Shown here: positions 50,063 through 64,000 of the stretch, in pieces
Layout: each line of letters starts with the position of its first letter
Numbering within the stretch: the stretch's first letter is position 1
Assembly (NCBI RefSeq): GCF_006345805.1
Contig: NC_043006.1
Location: 33,976,001 to 34,040,000 of the forward strand
Length of the DNA stretch: 64,000 bases
Reading direction: 5' to 3'
Source of the DNA: Octopus sinensis
Taxonomy: Eukaryota
Made by a program: the position numbers and the translations under genes
Notes under the pieces: generated by a model
The model's database searches: none
What the model saw: only the letters and a program-made list of their open reading frames with translations
Told to the model about the DNA's origin: nothing

Positions 50063-51003
50063 GCATTTGGACTCAGCATTAGCCTGGACAAGACTGTTGT
50101 AATGTTCCAGCCTGCACCAGGAAATCCATATATAGAACCAGCTATCTTGGTTGAAGGAACGATTCTGAAGCTAGTAGACAAATTTGTCTACCTGGGCAGC
50201 ACACTCAGCCGTTCTTGCTCCCTGGATGAGGAAATATCTTTCAGGTTGCAGAGAGCAACTAATTCCTTCCGGTCTCTTCAGTCTCGTGTCTGGTCCCAAC
50301 ATGGCATTGCAAGGAGAACAAAAGTTGCTGTGTACCGTGCTTGTGTACTGACATCGCTTCTCTACTCATGTGAGACATGGACTCTGTACAAATGTCAGGT
50401 CAGGGTCCTTGAACGTTTTCATCAGAGATGTCTCAGACACATTCTCAATGTTGGCTGGACCTCAAAAATTCCAGACACACAGATCCTGAGGACAGCTGAT
50501 ATCTTGAGTATTGAGGCGATGGTACACAAGCATCGGTTGCGTTGGATTGGACACCTTATTAGAATGGAGGATAGAAGGATTCCTAAGCAGATGCTCTATG
50601 GAGAACTTGTGAATGGAAGGAGACTCCGGCAGAAACCAAGGCTGCGATTTAAGGACTGTGTCAAGTCCTCGTTAAAGGCCTTTGATATGCAGGACACTGA
50701 CTGGGAGAACAATGCCTGTCATCGCCACAGATGGAGGAAGCAGGTTAAGGAGGGAATCGACACTTTTGAGAGAGCACGTATCCAGCATGAAGAACTTAAG
50801 CGAGCTGCGCGAAAGCGCACGGCTCGTATAGTGAATGGGGAAAGCTTGGTCTGCAATGTTTGCAGTCATGTATGCTTGTCAAGAGCAGGGCTCATTAGCC
50901 ACCAACGGAGCTGCAAATGCAAAATATAAGTTAGTCTTAGAGCGCACAATGTTCCTGAAGGTCGGCAATGGTCTTCCTCGGTCACGAGTGGATGGCCATC
51001 ATA
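50063..51003 (+). mobile_element. RTE (BovB-like) LINE 3' portion with open frame 50102-50929
   Basis: AFGLSISLDKT, FVYLGST, LLYSCETW, RFHQRCLR, RLRWIGHLIRMEDRRIPKQMLYGEL, C2H2 CNVC..SRAGLISHQRSC; 3' end GGATGGCCATCAT. Confidence 0.92.
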
Positions 51004-51350
51004 ATGCATGTGTGAGGGTGTGTGTGTATATATACATTTGTGCATGAAGATATGCATATATGAATATATATGTGTATGAGCATGTATGTATCTATGTACG
51101 TATGCAGGTTTCTCTCTTTTTTCTTAATAGCTGGAAACAAGGAAACATAATCCTATTGCTAGAATTTGGACAGGAAAATCAATAAAGCGCAGGTGTGGCT
51201 GTGTGGTAAGGAGCTTGCTTACCAACCACATGGTTCCTGGTTCAGTCCCACTGTGTAGCACTTTGGGCAAGTGTCTTCTACTATAGCCTCAGGCTGACCA
51301 AAGCCTTGTGAGTGGATTTGGTAGACGGAAACTGAAAGAAGCCCGTTGTG

Positions 51351-51429
<79 letters not shown>

Positions 51430-51816
51430 TCATCATCATTATCATCATCATTTAGCGTCCGCTTTCCATGCTAGCATGGGTTGGACGGGTCAACTGGGGT
51501 CTGTGAAGCTGGAAGGCTTCGTCAGGCCCAGTCAGATCTGGCAGTGTTTCTACGGCTGGATGCCCTTCCTAACGCCAACCACTCCGCGAGTGTATATATA
51601 TATATATATATATATATGATGGGCTTCTTTAAGTCTCCCTCTACCTTCTTTTGTTGTTTGTATTGTTTTCCATTTATGTCTTTCGTTGTTCGAAAAATTA
51701 GTTCTTATTCCATGTACTCACATTTTGTATTTTTCTGTTGTACATGTTTCATGACATCCTATTCCCACATATGCATATATATACATATAGCTGTATGTAC
51801 ATATGCATATATATAT

Positions 51817-51868
<52 letters not shown>

Positions 51869-52792
51869 TATATATATAATGTGTGTGTGTCTGTATTTGT
51901 CCCCACTACTATTGCTTGACAATTGATGTTGGTGTGTTTATGTCCCCAAAACTTAGCAGTTCAGCAAAAGAGACCAATAGAATAAGTACTAGACATACAA
52001 AGAAAAAGTCCTGGGGTCAATTTGTTCAACTAAAGGCAGTGCTCCAGCATGGCTGCAGTCAAATGACTGAAACGTGTAAAAATGTGCCACTTGTTAAAAT
52101 TTAGAAAAGTCTTGCATATTTTTATTGTTCCTTTTACAGAATTTATTTACAAAGTGTGTTTTACCTGGTTACTTTCCTTCCTAGCTTTTTGAATTTGTCA
52201 CTGAAACATTTTGTAACATAGTCAAGTGCACCACTTATTATTGGTGTTTATGAGAATTTGAAATTCCTCTTTGAAGCTGCAGCTATTGAAGTAGCTGTGT
52301 ATAAATATTCTTCTCATTGATTTTGGAAGAAATATTCACATCTGCTGGGCAGCTGACCTCTGTGACTGTTTATAGATTTTCTTTTCTGTCCCAAACAATT
52401 ATATTGAACCTATTGTAATGTCACGAGGTGGAAGTCTTGATAGGAATGTTTTACCAGTATTCCTTGTGTCGACATGTATGAATATCATCATCATCATCGT
52501 TGAACTTCTGTTTTTCATGCTGGCATGGGTTGGATGGTTTGACTGAGGTCTGGATAGCCAGCGGCTGTACCCAGGCTCCAATCTGATCTGGCAATGTTTC
52601 TACAGCTGGATGCCCTTCCTAGTGCCAACCACTCCGAGAGCATAGTGGGTGCTTTTTACGTGCCACCAGCACAGGAGCCCAGTCAGGTGAACCTGTCATT
52701 GATCACGTTCTGATAGTGCTTTTTATGTGCCACTGGCACAGGGAGGGGGGCATTCAGGGGGTACTGGCATCAGCTAGTATCTATATAGATAC

Positions 52793-52861
<69 letters not shown>

Positions 52862-53739
52862 TGCCTGTGTATATATACACATACACAGAGGCAAAGTGGC
52901 TGAGGTCCTTTCAAGTGTTGGGCCTCACAGAGGCAATGATCGAGTCGTTTGGCATTATGTCCTGCTTGAGAAGACGACCCATCAACCCAAGCAAAATCGC
53001 AGTCATGGCAGATACCAGTGTCACACAAATTGACACTTGTGGTGGCATGTAAAAGTACTCCGGTGTCATGCAAATGGCACTCGTGCTGGTGGCACATAAA
53101 AGCACCCATTACACTCTCAGAGTGGTTGGCATTAGGAAAGGCATGTAGCCATAGAAAACCATGCGAAATCAGACTGGAGTCTGGTGGAGCCTTTCAGCAT
53201 GCCAGCCTTGGTCAAACCGTCCAACCCATGCCAGCATAGACAATAGACGTTAAATGACGATGATGATGATATATATGTATTTGTGTATTGGTCACTTCTA
53301 ATAGATTATCTCTGTGACTCTAATCATTTATCTTGACTCTCGTTCATAAACAGTGTCTGCATTTCTGAGTGGAGATCTCAAATTGGCATTGTTATTATGA
53401 TCAAAACTAAGGGTGGATGATGCAGATGAGAGGATGTGTGTTGGGGATGGGGAAGGGGTAGGAGTAGGGGTAGTTGAGAGGATGACTTGTTAGTTTCTGG
53501 TTTATTCTTTAAAATGTTGGAATTAGCTTGTTAATCTAAAAGTCTGTTGAATGTGGAAGTTTGGTCCATTTTAATTAATGAGGAAAAAAAAAATTCTAAA
53601 ACGAAAAATATAATCAAAGAATGGACCAATAACCAACACAACAGCAACAATAACAACATGACTGCAACATTATGAAAAGTAAAATAAAATGATACAAAGC
53701 TAGACTTTCGTTAAAGTAATTAATTGAATGATAACTAAC

Positions 53740-54470
53740 CATAGCTCACAAACATACAGATACACATACAGATGCACACACATGTATACACACATATACA
53801 CACACACACACATACTCACACACACACACACATACACATACGCAGACGCGGACCTACGCACATGCAGACTCACACACATGCGGGATCATGCACATGCAGG
53901 CTTGTGTGCATGCACACTCATGCAATCGCATGATCCCGCTTGTGCACACACATGCTCAAACACTCTCACTCTCACACACTCTCACACACACACTCACTCA
54001 CACACACACTCACCCACACACACACTCACCCACACACACACACTCACCCACACCCACACACTCACCCACACACACACTCACCCACACACACACTCACCCA
54101 CACACACACTCACCCACACACACACTCACCCACACACACACTCACCCACACACACACTCACCCACACACACACTCACACACACACACCACACACACACAC
54201 TCACCCACACACACACTCACACACACACACACTCACACACACACACACTCACACACACACACACTCACACACACACACTCACACACACACACACTCACAC
54301 ACACACACACTCACACACACACACTCACACACACACTCACATTACACACATATACACACATACTTATATATACACACATATACATACACACACACACACA
54401 CACATACACACACATACATACACATACATACACACTCTCACTCTCACACACAAACACACACACACACATG
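53740..54470. repeat. CA-rich microsatellite/minisatellite, including (CACACACACTCACC)n
   Basis: Direct inspection; explains three His/Thr-rich ORFs. Confidence 0.95.
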
Positions 54471-56679
54471 CTTGCATATATTTAGTACAATTCGGGTGAA
54501 GGCCTCGTAACATGCCTACATGAGCTCTTATGTTATTATATGGCTACCACATGATATCCTACAGTGCAAATATTCCAGGAATGGATACTCAAGTGCAATT
54601 CCTCTTTGCATAAGATTAATACAACACAAGGATGGAGGATATTGGACTTTAATAGTAGATCGCAACATTTGTTTCTGCACTCCACACCAGCTTTAAGTTG
54701 CTGAGTTTATATTCAAAAGCCATTATAGAAGGTTGTTCATTATAATTATTATAGATTGATTGTGTACAAAACTGTGTGTGATGTGTAGTTGTGTCTATGC
54801 ATGTGTGTGTAGATAATTAACTGTGTAGATGTAATAACAAAGAAATTTTCCGTAATGAGCAACTCAATAACAACTGCAACAAAAATAAATAAAAGGCAAA
54901 AAAACAGTTAAAAATGCTACATGTTGTTAATGTGTTTATTAGTGAATGTTTGAGCATACACGTTTGTTTGCTTCCCTAATTAAAAATAAACTGAATAAAA
55001 TTTTTGTAAAACACCAACACTCTAGATTTCTTCAAATTTTCATTTTTGCAGAATTCCAGTCACTTATCAAAATCAAGTAAAAAAGAGAATCCAAATTAAA
55101 AAGTAAGTAAACAATGTCTAGTTGTTAATTTTATGCTGTAAGGAAGAAAAAAAGTGAATGCACTTGACATTTCAGACAGTAACCCTTCAACAGAGGGGAA
55201 AGAGAACATTTATTTTTAACATGAAGAGAAAATGTATGTGTTTAATATTTCAAAATTTTAAAAAAGTAGAATATTTATTTGCAACTGAAATTTTATGTTC
55301 TGAGATGGTTGTCAAGTAATTTATTTTATTATATTTAAAGAATCTTCTTTTTAATAATGTTGTCTGCATATTTTTCAATAACACAGCTAGATGCCTCCTC
55401 CTAACCTTTCATATTCTAACCTCTTGTCACCAAATATGTTTGTACGTCTAATTCATGTAAAAAAAAATTTTGTGAATACTGAAGAATAACAATATCAAAC
55501 TTTCTGACAGACCTAAAATGGACACACCTATATTCATACTTACTTCCACATTGGACCGAACTCTGAACAATAACACAACTCCAACTTTGAACAAACAAAA
55601 CCTTCCAACAATAACTTTCTACCAGCCCACACCTTACAAACCTACTTTCTTCCTATCCTTTTCTCTCCTCCTTCCTACACTTCTACTTCCTGTATCTACA
55701 TACACAAAGCCTACATAACTCCATTTACCCCAGAAAAACAACTTGCTAAAGATTATATAAAGCCAAAAGAAGCTCAAGTGTATTATAGTACACTGAAGTC
55801 TAGCAGACTAAAACTTGAAACACACTGTTACCCCTCTACATGTAAATGTTTAATAAATACATGCACACTCACATCTGTATGTGCATACACACACACACAC
55901 ACATATATATTGCTGTTAAGGACATCATATTTTGTTTAGCAACCATGACATATTCTACCAAGTATATTAAAGGTTTATAAGTCAGTATTGTGCTACCTTT
56001 TCATGTAATACATTTTTCTATTATTGATCACATATTTTTTACATAGATGTATTCATATACAAATCATAACTTTCAGTGCCAGCTCTAAATTCTATAGACT
56101 ATCTGTAGAGATAACTCAAAAGTGACAAACACACACACAAATTAGTAAGTGTGCAAATATATATGTGTATATATATATATATATGCTGATGCACTGAAAT
56201 TTTTAAAAACAAAATGATTCCTGTTTTAACAGTTTCCTTCAGAAAAGTCTTCCCCACTGCTTTAGATGTGTGTATGCGTGTCCATAAATATTGTTCTTCT
56301 GGAACTATATTGAAGTTCTTAACGGAATAAAAGCCTGTCACTAACAAAGTGACAAGACTTTCTTGTTTGAATTTAGTTCCAGACATTTGTGTATACACAT
56401 TTGTGTGTGTCTGTGTAGTTGCAGGTATGGAAAGGATGCATATATGTATGGTGTCTTAGTGCAATATTTTGGACTTTTTAAAAGAATAAAAGCTGATCAC
56501 TTACAAAATGTCAGAACTTTCTTGTTTGAATCAAAACAGAGATTTCTCTGCAATGTGTGTGTGTGTGTGTGTGTGCATGGTTGAATGTATGCAAGGAATT
56601 TGTATGTCTATCTCTCTAGTTGGCAGCTTGGCAGTTATTTACACAAATGCATATGCATACAATTATATATATATATATA

Positions 56680-57549
56680 TCTACTACATATGTGGGAAAT
56701 TCTGTCTGTGGGTGCGTTTGCTTGCGGAGTTGTTAGCTAACTCCTTCTACATTGTTTTATCAATTTTGATGAAACTTGACACAGGAGTAGAACTCATATC
56801 TGGAAACCTAATGGCTTACTCAGATTGTTGAAATAAAATCAATAATAGGGTCCCTGGAAGGGATCCTTATATATAACTAATATATTTTATTTTAACAGCC
56901 AAGGGAAATAAACCATTCATTTTCCTAAATCATTTGGTATAAATCAAATTGAGTATGCGTATTTTTTAGTATTTGAAATGTTAGTTATTTTCACAATTTA
57001 TCCAGTAGGACCCTTAAACAAGTAAATAGTATTTTTCTAAACAATAGATCCTCTTATTTCGGTTAGTGACTTATTCACGAATATACCAACACTAGCGCCC
57101 CTGAGGGTAATATTCTCTGGGAACGCACAAAAGCCCTTTTCAGAGTTATTTACTTTGAATTGTTATTATCTCATATCTGATTGGCATGTTATTACGCAAC
57201 ATGCTTCAGGATTTTAGTATACATACCTTACTAGTATTTCCTCATATTTTCTATATATTCTGAGAATGCATTAAAGCCCTTTACAGGGCAACTTTATTTG
57301 AATTCTTACTATTGGGTAACTAATTTCATGTTATTACATAACTGACCTCACAATTTGGGTATTCATAATTTATTGGGAATTCTTAAAAACAAGATCCTTT
57401 GTAAGACAGTTCGGTATTCTCCGTAAATGCTCAAAAACCATTTTAAGGGCTACATACTTTGTATTGTTGTTATTGCATTAGCGAAATAATTGAGAATGGA
57501 ACCAAGGGATAATCCCGCTTTTCCAGGAATTACTGGGTACGTCAGCTAG
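56680..57549 (+). mobile_element. Non-autonomous Helitron-like element, 870 bp
   Basis: Starts TC after A, ends CTAG before T, no TSD; weak subterminal hairpin CCAG-GAATTA-CTGG at 57523-57536. Confidence 0.65.
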
Positions 57550-57984
57550 TATATATATATATATATATATATAAAGCACCATCCGACCATGGCCGTTTGC
57601 CAGACTTGTCTCGCACCTGTGCAGGTGGCACGTAAAAAGCACCCACTACACTCATGGAGTGGTTGGCGTTAGGAAGGGCATTCAGCCGTAGAAACATTGC
57701 CAGATCAGACTGGGCCTGGTGCAGCCTTCTAGCTTCCCAGACCCCAGTTGCACCGTCCAACCCATGCCAGCATGGAAAGCGGACGCTAAACAATGATGAT
57801 GATGATGATATATATATATACTATTATGGTGATGCGGTGAAGTAAACATGCTTCAGATACACTTGTTTATTCATACAAACGTAACTAAGATGAAATATAT
57901 CATAAATAACAGTGACAAACGAAATATACACTGCTGATAGTTGTTGTTGACAAACAATGGCAGTAATTTTATTCAGCGGAATAC

Positions 57985-58176
57985 ACGTCATTGATTGGTT
58001 GAAATTACCGAAATACCTTAACTTTAACAAGAAATAACTTGCAAAATACAGAATTTTCTCAACAACGCCAAGAGTAAAAGGTGTTTTATGTGACACATTC
58101 TACCAGTATACGAAGTTTGAAAGTGTTTTGTTACAAAAAAATGTTTTCAAATCTGTCGGTCAAAAGGTAAAGATCC
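57985..58176. mobile_element. Diverged 3' part of the 2114-2513 MITE family
   Basis: Shared CAGAATTTTCTCAA..GCCAAGAG and CACATTCTACCAGTATACGAAGTTT; ends AAAGATCC. Confidence 0.7.
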
Positions 58177-58189
58177 GCAAAACACAGTT

Positions 58190-58853
58190 GCGTTAATATT
58201 CCACAACCATCAGATCTAAAACTGAGACTTATTGTAACAGGCCCATTATGTGAAACACATTGCTTAATTAATTTCCTAGACATTCTACTAAAAGCGCTCC
58301 TCAAATATATAAAGAGCTTTTTACAAGATAATTTGGACATATTCAACCATCTACCTAACAAAATAAATAAAAACACCTATTTGATCACATTTGATTTTGT
58401 GAACCTATATAGCAACATCCTTCACAGTTAGGGAATTGAAGCTGTAGAATATTGGCTAGGCTCATTTCCATATAAAACACCAGGGTGCATAGACAGAAAA
58501 TTTATTATTGAATGCTTCCAATTCATCTTAGAGAACAGCTGCTTCATATTTGATAACATAGCCTATCAACAAAAGTTCAGAATAGCCATGGGAACAAGTT
58601 TCCCCTACATATGCCAACTTAACCATCTGGTATCACAAAATAAAACTCTATGAAAAATCTTCTGAAACTTTTGGTGAAAATTTCAGCTGATATTTGAAAG
58701 AAAACTGGAAGAGGTTTCTAGATGATTGTTACATTTTATGGAGGAAACATTTTTATAACCTGAAACAATTCCAGTCTTTTATAAACAACATAAATCCTCA
58801 CATTCAAATCACTATAGAATTCAGCATGATAAACTCCCCTTCTTAGACCATTC
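58190..58853 (+). pseudogene. Penelope-like reverse transcriptase remnant
   Basis: PSDLKLRLIVTGPLCETH..NFLDILLK, LITFDFVNLYSNI, IAMGT, YANL, WKRFLDDCY, KLPFLD. Confidence 0.85.
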
Positions 58854-60435
58854 TATATGTGTATATGTATGGCATGTTATTGCTATTCATGTTGCCCTGA
58901 CAGTATGCTAGTTTTGTTTAATCATGTGTCAGCCATGTATCAGTAGATATATAATCAAAAATTTTCCATCTGAAATATTACCACTTTTGTTGTGTGTGTA
59001 TTAGATATATTATCTAGGGCTACAACATCAACTATCATCTCCTTTGCATGATATTAGAGTGTGATTTGGTTGTTACTTTTATCAGTCATATAAGTATAGA
59101 GACGTTCCTTCTAATGATTAGATGTCCTAATACAGTGTTTTGATCTCAGTTATCCAAGTATCTGCTGCTGACCAGCCTTGTTTTTTGTTTTCCCAGTTGG
59201 AGTCATTTCACTGCCCTTAAATCAATAATATCATTTAGAAAGGCATAACCATCACAAATTCTCAGTCTTTTTCTTTAAAATTATCAAATGTTTTAGTCTT
59301 TTAAAGAATAGCCCTAAATTAATAACAGGCTGGAGGTTGGTAATCAATACATTATTTATCTGCATCTGGATGCATGTAGGTTCGTTTTTGATAACATGCT
59401 CATATACTGTTTATAACAAAAAAAAAAAAAAAGAATCGAAAAAAAGGAAGCTGCACATATAATGCGTAACTTAGAAGCAGCACTATGGATTTGCCAGCAC
59501 ACGTGAGATTGAGACATGGCTGACCTCACGCACTTCTCATGAGGAATTCCGGAAGGAGATTCATGAGACCAATGCTGAGACGCTTCCGCAAAAAAAAAAA
59601 AGGAAACCCATTAGAAAACCAATTATAGCAGTGACTCCAGCAATTCCTAGGGATATCTGAGGAAGGAATTTTATTCTGAAATATCATCAGACTATGCATA
59701 GTTAAATTACAACAGGTATATAGCCCATTGTTTGTATTATAGTGCATTGTTGTACCATTCAAAGCATTTTATATTTTAAAGAATACGTTGCTTGTTTATT
59801 ATTGTTGTTGATATTTTCTTCCATTTCTAGACACATCCAAGCACTCATACACTCACTCTGCTACTACCAACACACATGCAGTTTTCCAGTCAAATACACA
59901 GCATACATGCTCTTCAGCTGCCACACTCATACAGGCTTTGGGTAACACACACACACTCATACTCTTCCTAATTACTTGCAATCTTATGCTGCTGACAAGC
60001 CTCTTAACATCCATGCATGATCATCCATACACATCATGTTAGATCTCAACAAAGATCTTGAAAGCAGCATCCAGTTAACCCCCAAAAGGGATCTGTCAAA
60101 GGCTGGTGAGACAGGCAATGAGGAAGAAAACACAATTTATAGTTTATCCGCAAACAAGAGACCTGCTCCATATGCAGGCAGCAGAAGAGACTTTAGTAAA
60201 AAAAAAAAAAATACTCAAGAATTGTGCTAAACCAAGAAATATATTAAGCCTGTCTCTTATCAATGATTGTATACAATGGTCATTCAAAAGGCTTCTATGC
60301 ATTCTGTGTCCTTTGTGTTCACCCATTTCCACTTGTGAAGAGTATTTTGGATTGATCTGCATGTATAGTAGAAGACACTTGCTAGAAACTACATAAAAAA
60401 GAAAGAGATCATCTTAACCAGATATAACTGTTACG

Positions 60436-60648
60436 GCAATCTGTGTATCTTACTAAATGTGGAGATACTGCAAGAAAGCCACAGAACTGGAGTATTTGTC
60501 TCAAGACAGCATCTTGTATAGATGTATAGTGCTAAAAATACACAGAACTTTTTTAGTACTTTACATCTATATGAGATGCTTTCTCAAGACAAAACCCACT
60601 GTTTTGTGACTTTCTTACAGTATGTCAACAATAAGATATACAGATTAC
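60436..60648. mobile_element. About 213-bp foldback element
   Basis: Two arms of about 100 bp, about 80% complementary, around the loop TACACAGAAC. Confidence 0.75.
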
Positions 60649-61733
60649 TGTTCTGAACTAAAACTGCTTCCATTGCTCATCACAAATATATAACCATGTT
60701 ATTGCCCTTTCACTTTCATGTGCTTATGATATCTTTTTGGCCATTTTAGACATGGGTAAATAAGTACAGAGATGCAGTTGTACTGGTGCAATCACATAGT
60801 GTATTTTTGTTTGTGTTGTCAAACAGTGTATTTAGAAGTACATCATCCAGTAGGTTCTTGATCAGGATGTGATTCAAGGGGGATTTGGCTGTTATTTCTT
60901 GTAGGTCATGAAACTACATACTGGCTTCACCATTGCCTGTTACAGTGATATTTTCTGTTGTTACCTTTATAATTATTTATTTATTTATTATCATACCTGG
61001 ACGACAAGTGACTAAATAACTCAACATCGTCTACCAATGTTTCTATGTTAAATCATGTCATTTTATATTTTTGTCCTTTTGATGGAGAAATACAACAAAG
61101 TCTCTTGGTCTAAAAAATAAACAACAACCAAAAACTTGGGTAAAAAAAAAAATTGCCTTTAGCCTTCGTCTGTTGTGAAATGACAACGAAAGGTCGAAGC
61201 AAGATAGCTAAAAGTCAACAACATTTTATAGAGATTTCTGGAGAAGAATTCTGTCCATCAAAGAATTCTTATTTTAGTCACTGAATAAGTCTTTGATTCC
61301 TTTTGAAGTGATTCGGCCATAAAGCGATAAATAGAAAAATGTAGAAATATCTCAACATAGGTGCTGGTAAGGCTGTGTGGTTGAGAAGCTCACTTTGTGA
61401 CCATGTGGTATCAGGTTCAGTCCCATTAAACAGCTCTTAGGGCAAGTGTCTTCTATTATAACCCCAGGATGAGCAATGCATTGGGAATGAATTTGGTTGA
61501 TGGAAACTCTGAAAAACCTGTCATATATATATATGTACATATGTTTATGCATGTATGTCATTGTTGGTTTGTTTCCATTCCCATAACTTAGCAGTTTGGC
61601 AAAATAGATTGATAGAATAAATACCAGTCTTAAAAAAAGTATATAAGTACCAGGGTTGATTTGTTTGGCTAAAACCCTTCAATGAGGTGCTGCAGCATAG
61701 CTGCAGTCCAAGGGCTGAAATCTGTATACATCT

Positions 61734-61764
<31 letters not shown>

Positions 61765-62711
61765 ATTCATATATAACCCATGAAAAAATTTCAAACTGGC
61801 ATAGGTTGGATAGTTTGACTAGATCTGATAGGCTGGGAAAGCTGGACCAGGTTCCAGTCTGATATGGCTAGATGCCCTTCTTGACACCTACCCATTTTGA
61901 TATTTAATGACACACTCTTTATAGGTGTGGCTGTGTGGTTAAGAAGCTTGCTTCCAAAGTATGTGATCTTGGGTTCAGTCCCATTGTATGGCATCTTGGG
62001 TATGTGTCTTCTTCTATAGCACCAAAGCTTAGTAAATGGATTTGGTGGATGGGAACTGAAAGAAGCATATAGTATACACACAAACACATGTTTTGCAAAC
62101 AACTTGTACATTCAAGTGCTACCAGTCAAGAACTCCACATAGTGGAATCCAGCAAATGTATGGGGTCATTAGGAGAGAATGCACGCCATTTTGGGGCCTA
62201 CCTCTCAATGGCATCATTGCACACCGGCACCCCACTCACTGATATTAGGCCCCACTTGCTAGATCAACTGGTTACCAAATAAAGCTCAATATACTTCCAG
62301 CCTTCATTCATCATCTCTTTATAACCAAAGCCAGTGTCTTGCCTTTTCCACTGCAGCTTGCCTAGTGTTCATGGTGGTATTTACTTTATGATGAGTTAGG
62401 CCTAATGATAACAACAGTCACCTCATATTGCATCCAATGAATCCTCTATATCTTCAATTGGAAAATGCTCTGCTTTCCAACATATGTTAATGTTTGTTTT
62501 TGTGTTCAGTGATAATAGAAACAATTTTACATTAACCTGATGGGTCACTCTATACTTTTGTAGAGTCCAAATTCATTATTCTTTAATAATTATCTTGTTG
62601 ACTGTGACTGGAAGTTTTGGCCAGTGATTCCATCATCAGACTGCAGTCTGATAATGGCTTAACTGGCCAAGATTTCGAAGTCACTGTCAATAATATTCTT
62701 GTTTAAGAATA

Positions 62712-63123
62712 AGATGGTGAGCTGGCAGAAACTTTAGCACACCGGGTGAAATGCTTAGTGGTATTTCGTCTGCCATTACATTCTGAGTTCAAATTCCGCC
62801 GAGGTCGACTTTGCCTTTCGTCCTTTCGGGGTCGATAAATTAAGTACCAGTTACGCACTGGGGTCGATGTAATCAACTTAATCCCTTTGTCTGTCCTTGT
62901 TTGTCCCCTCTAAGTTTAGCCCCTTGTGGGTAGTAAAGAAATAGGTATTTCCTCTGTTACGCTCTGAGTTCAAATTCAGCTGAGGTTGCTTTTTGCTTTT
63001 CATCCTTTCAGGGTTGATAAATTAAGTACCAGTGGCATACTGGAGTCAATCTAATCGACTGCCCTTCCCCCTCCCAAAACATTTTAGGCCTTGTGTCTAG
63101 AGCAGAAAAGATTCTATTCATTA
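62712..63123 (+). mobile_element. Family-2 SINE dimer: tail-1 copy followed by a 5'-truncated tail-2 copy
   Basis: 10-bp TSD TTTAAGAATA at 62702-62711 and 63124-63133; junction AAAGAAATA|GGTATTTC at about 62943. Confidence 0.85.
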
Positions 63124-64000
63124 TTTAAGAATAATGCATGTGTGTGTGCGTGTATACACCTTTGTCTTGACAGCATGTGATGATTGTGAATGAGCATCAT
63201 CATCATACTAGTGATGCTGTTAATTTCCGGTCTTCCATGGAAAAACATGTCTGGCCATGAGGAAATATTACCCTGTTTGGAAACAGGTGAAGGTTGGTGA
63301 CAGGAAGGGCATCTGGCTGCAGAAAATCTGCCTCAAATCATTTTGCCTGTCCCATTGCAAGCATGGAAAAGTGGACACTGAAACAATGGCAACAACACTT
63401 TAAAGTGAGCCAACAAGAGAACCTCCTCAATGTGGTAACATGATTGCTAGAAATAGCAACCACATTTTCCTCAAATCATATCTGACATAATGCTTAATGT
63501 AGTTTGATGTACGAAAGACTTGAAATAATAGACAGAAAGGTCATGGTTGGAATACTTCTGAACATAGGTCTGTCTGTTCAGTCAGGACTGAGATGGAGCT
63601 AAGCTACAATAACATTGTACAAACATTAAATGTTTTTTCTCTGACCCCAGCAGTTGGTAGTTTTGCAATGGTTAATTTCTAAAGCTCTGTTTGTAGAGCC
63701 CCGATTTGCTGCCAGCAGAACTGACAATGGCCATTGTATTTAACTTATTGCAGATACAAATTGTTTTAACTCAATACCGTCAGTGTTGTCTCTCAGTCTT
63801 CTCTCTCTGTGCTGAGGACATTGCGAAGAATAATTATTATAATATGGCTGAAACTTGTTCATTCATTGTTGATGCAAATACTCTGGTTTGTAAAGAAGAG
63901 ACTGTTGTTGTTGCCATCTGTTGGTTTATATTTCCTGAATTGTGCAATAGATGCTATATATATATATGTATATGTATATGGTGTTATATATATATATATA

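Noticed and set aside
53728-54510. 260-aa His/Thr-rich ORF and similar YI/HT/CV/LS-rich ORFs across the track
   Set aside because: Translations of microsatellites, open in several frames, with no domain
56425-56507. Possible internal exon (YGKDAYMYGVLVQYFGLFKRIKADHLQN)
   Set aside because: Weak donor and no recognisable protein

Overview
AT-rich, microsatellite-dense animal genomic DNA. The SINE and repeat repertoire suggests an octopus, but this is an inference and was not checked against a database. No host protein-coding exon could be supported. Every credible coding segment is transposon-derived: a full-length but inactivated L1/Tx1-like LINE (9711-14904, 18-bp TSD), a 2.7-kb non-coding LTR element (20358-23055), Gypsy gag/protease, RTE, Penelope-like RT and GIY-YIG remnants, two Tc1/mariner remnants, MITEs, a Helitron-like element and many tRNA-derived SINEs. 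Main observations: (1) the LINE 3' end and one SINE family share a terminal hairpin whose CUUGU loop stays constant while the stem covaries in three versions, pointing to structure-based SINE recognition by an L1/Tx1-clade LINE; (2) several hammerhead-ribozyme-like motifs occur, including a tRNA-headed, Penelope-style hammerhead repeat inserted as an inverted pair; (3) CpG density drops sharply near 29.6 kb, just after a CpG-rich region with a GC-skew flip at about 28 kb, suggesting that a methylated gene body begins there. All alignments, folds and counts were done by eye.
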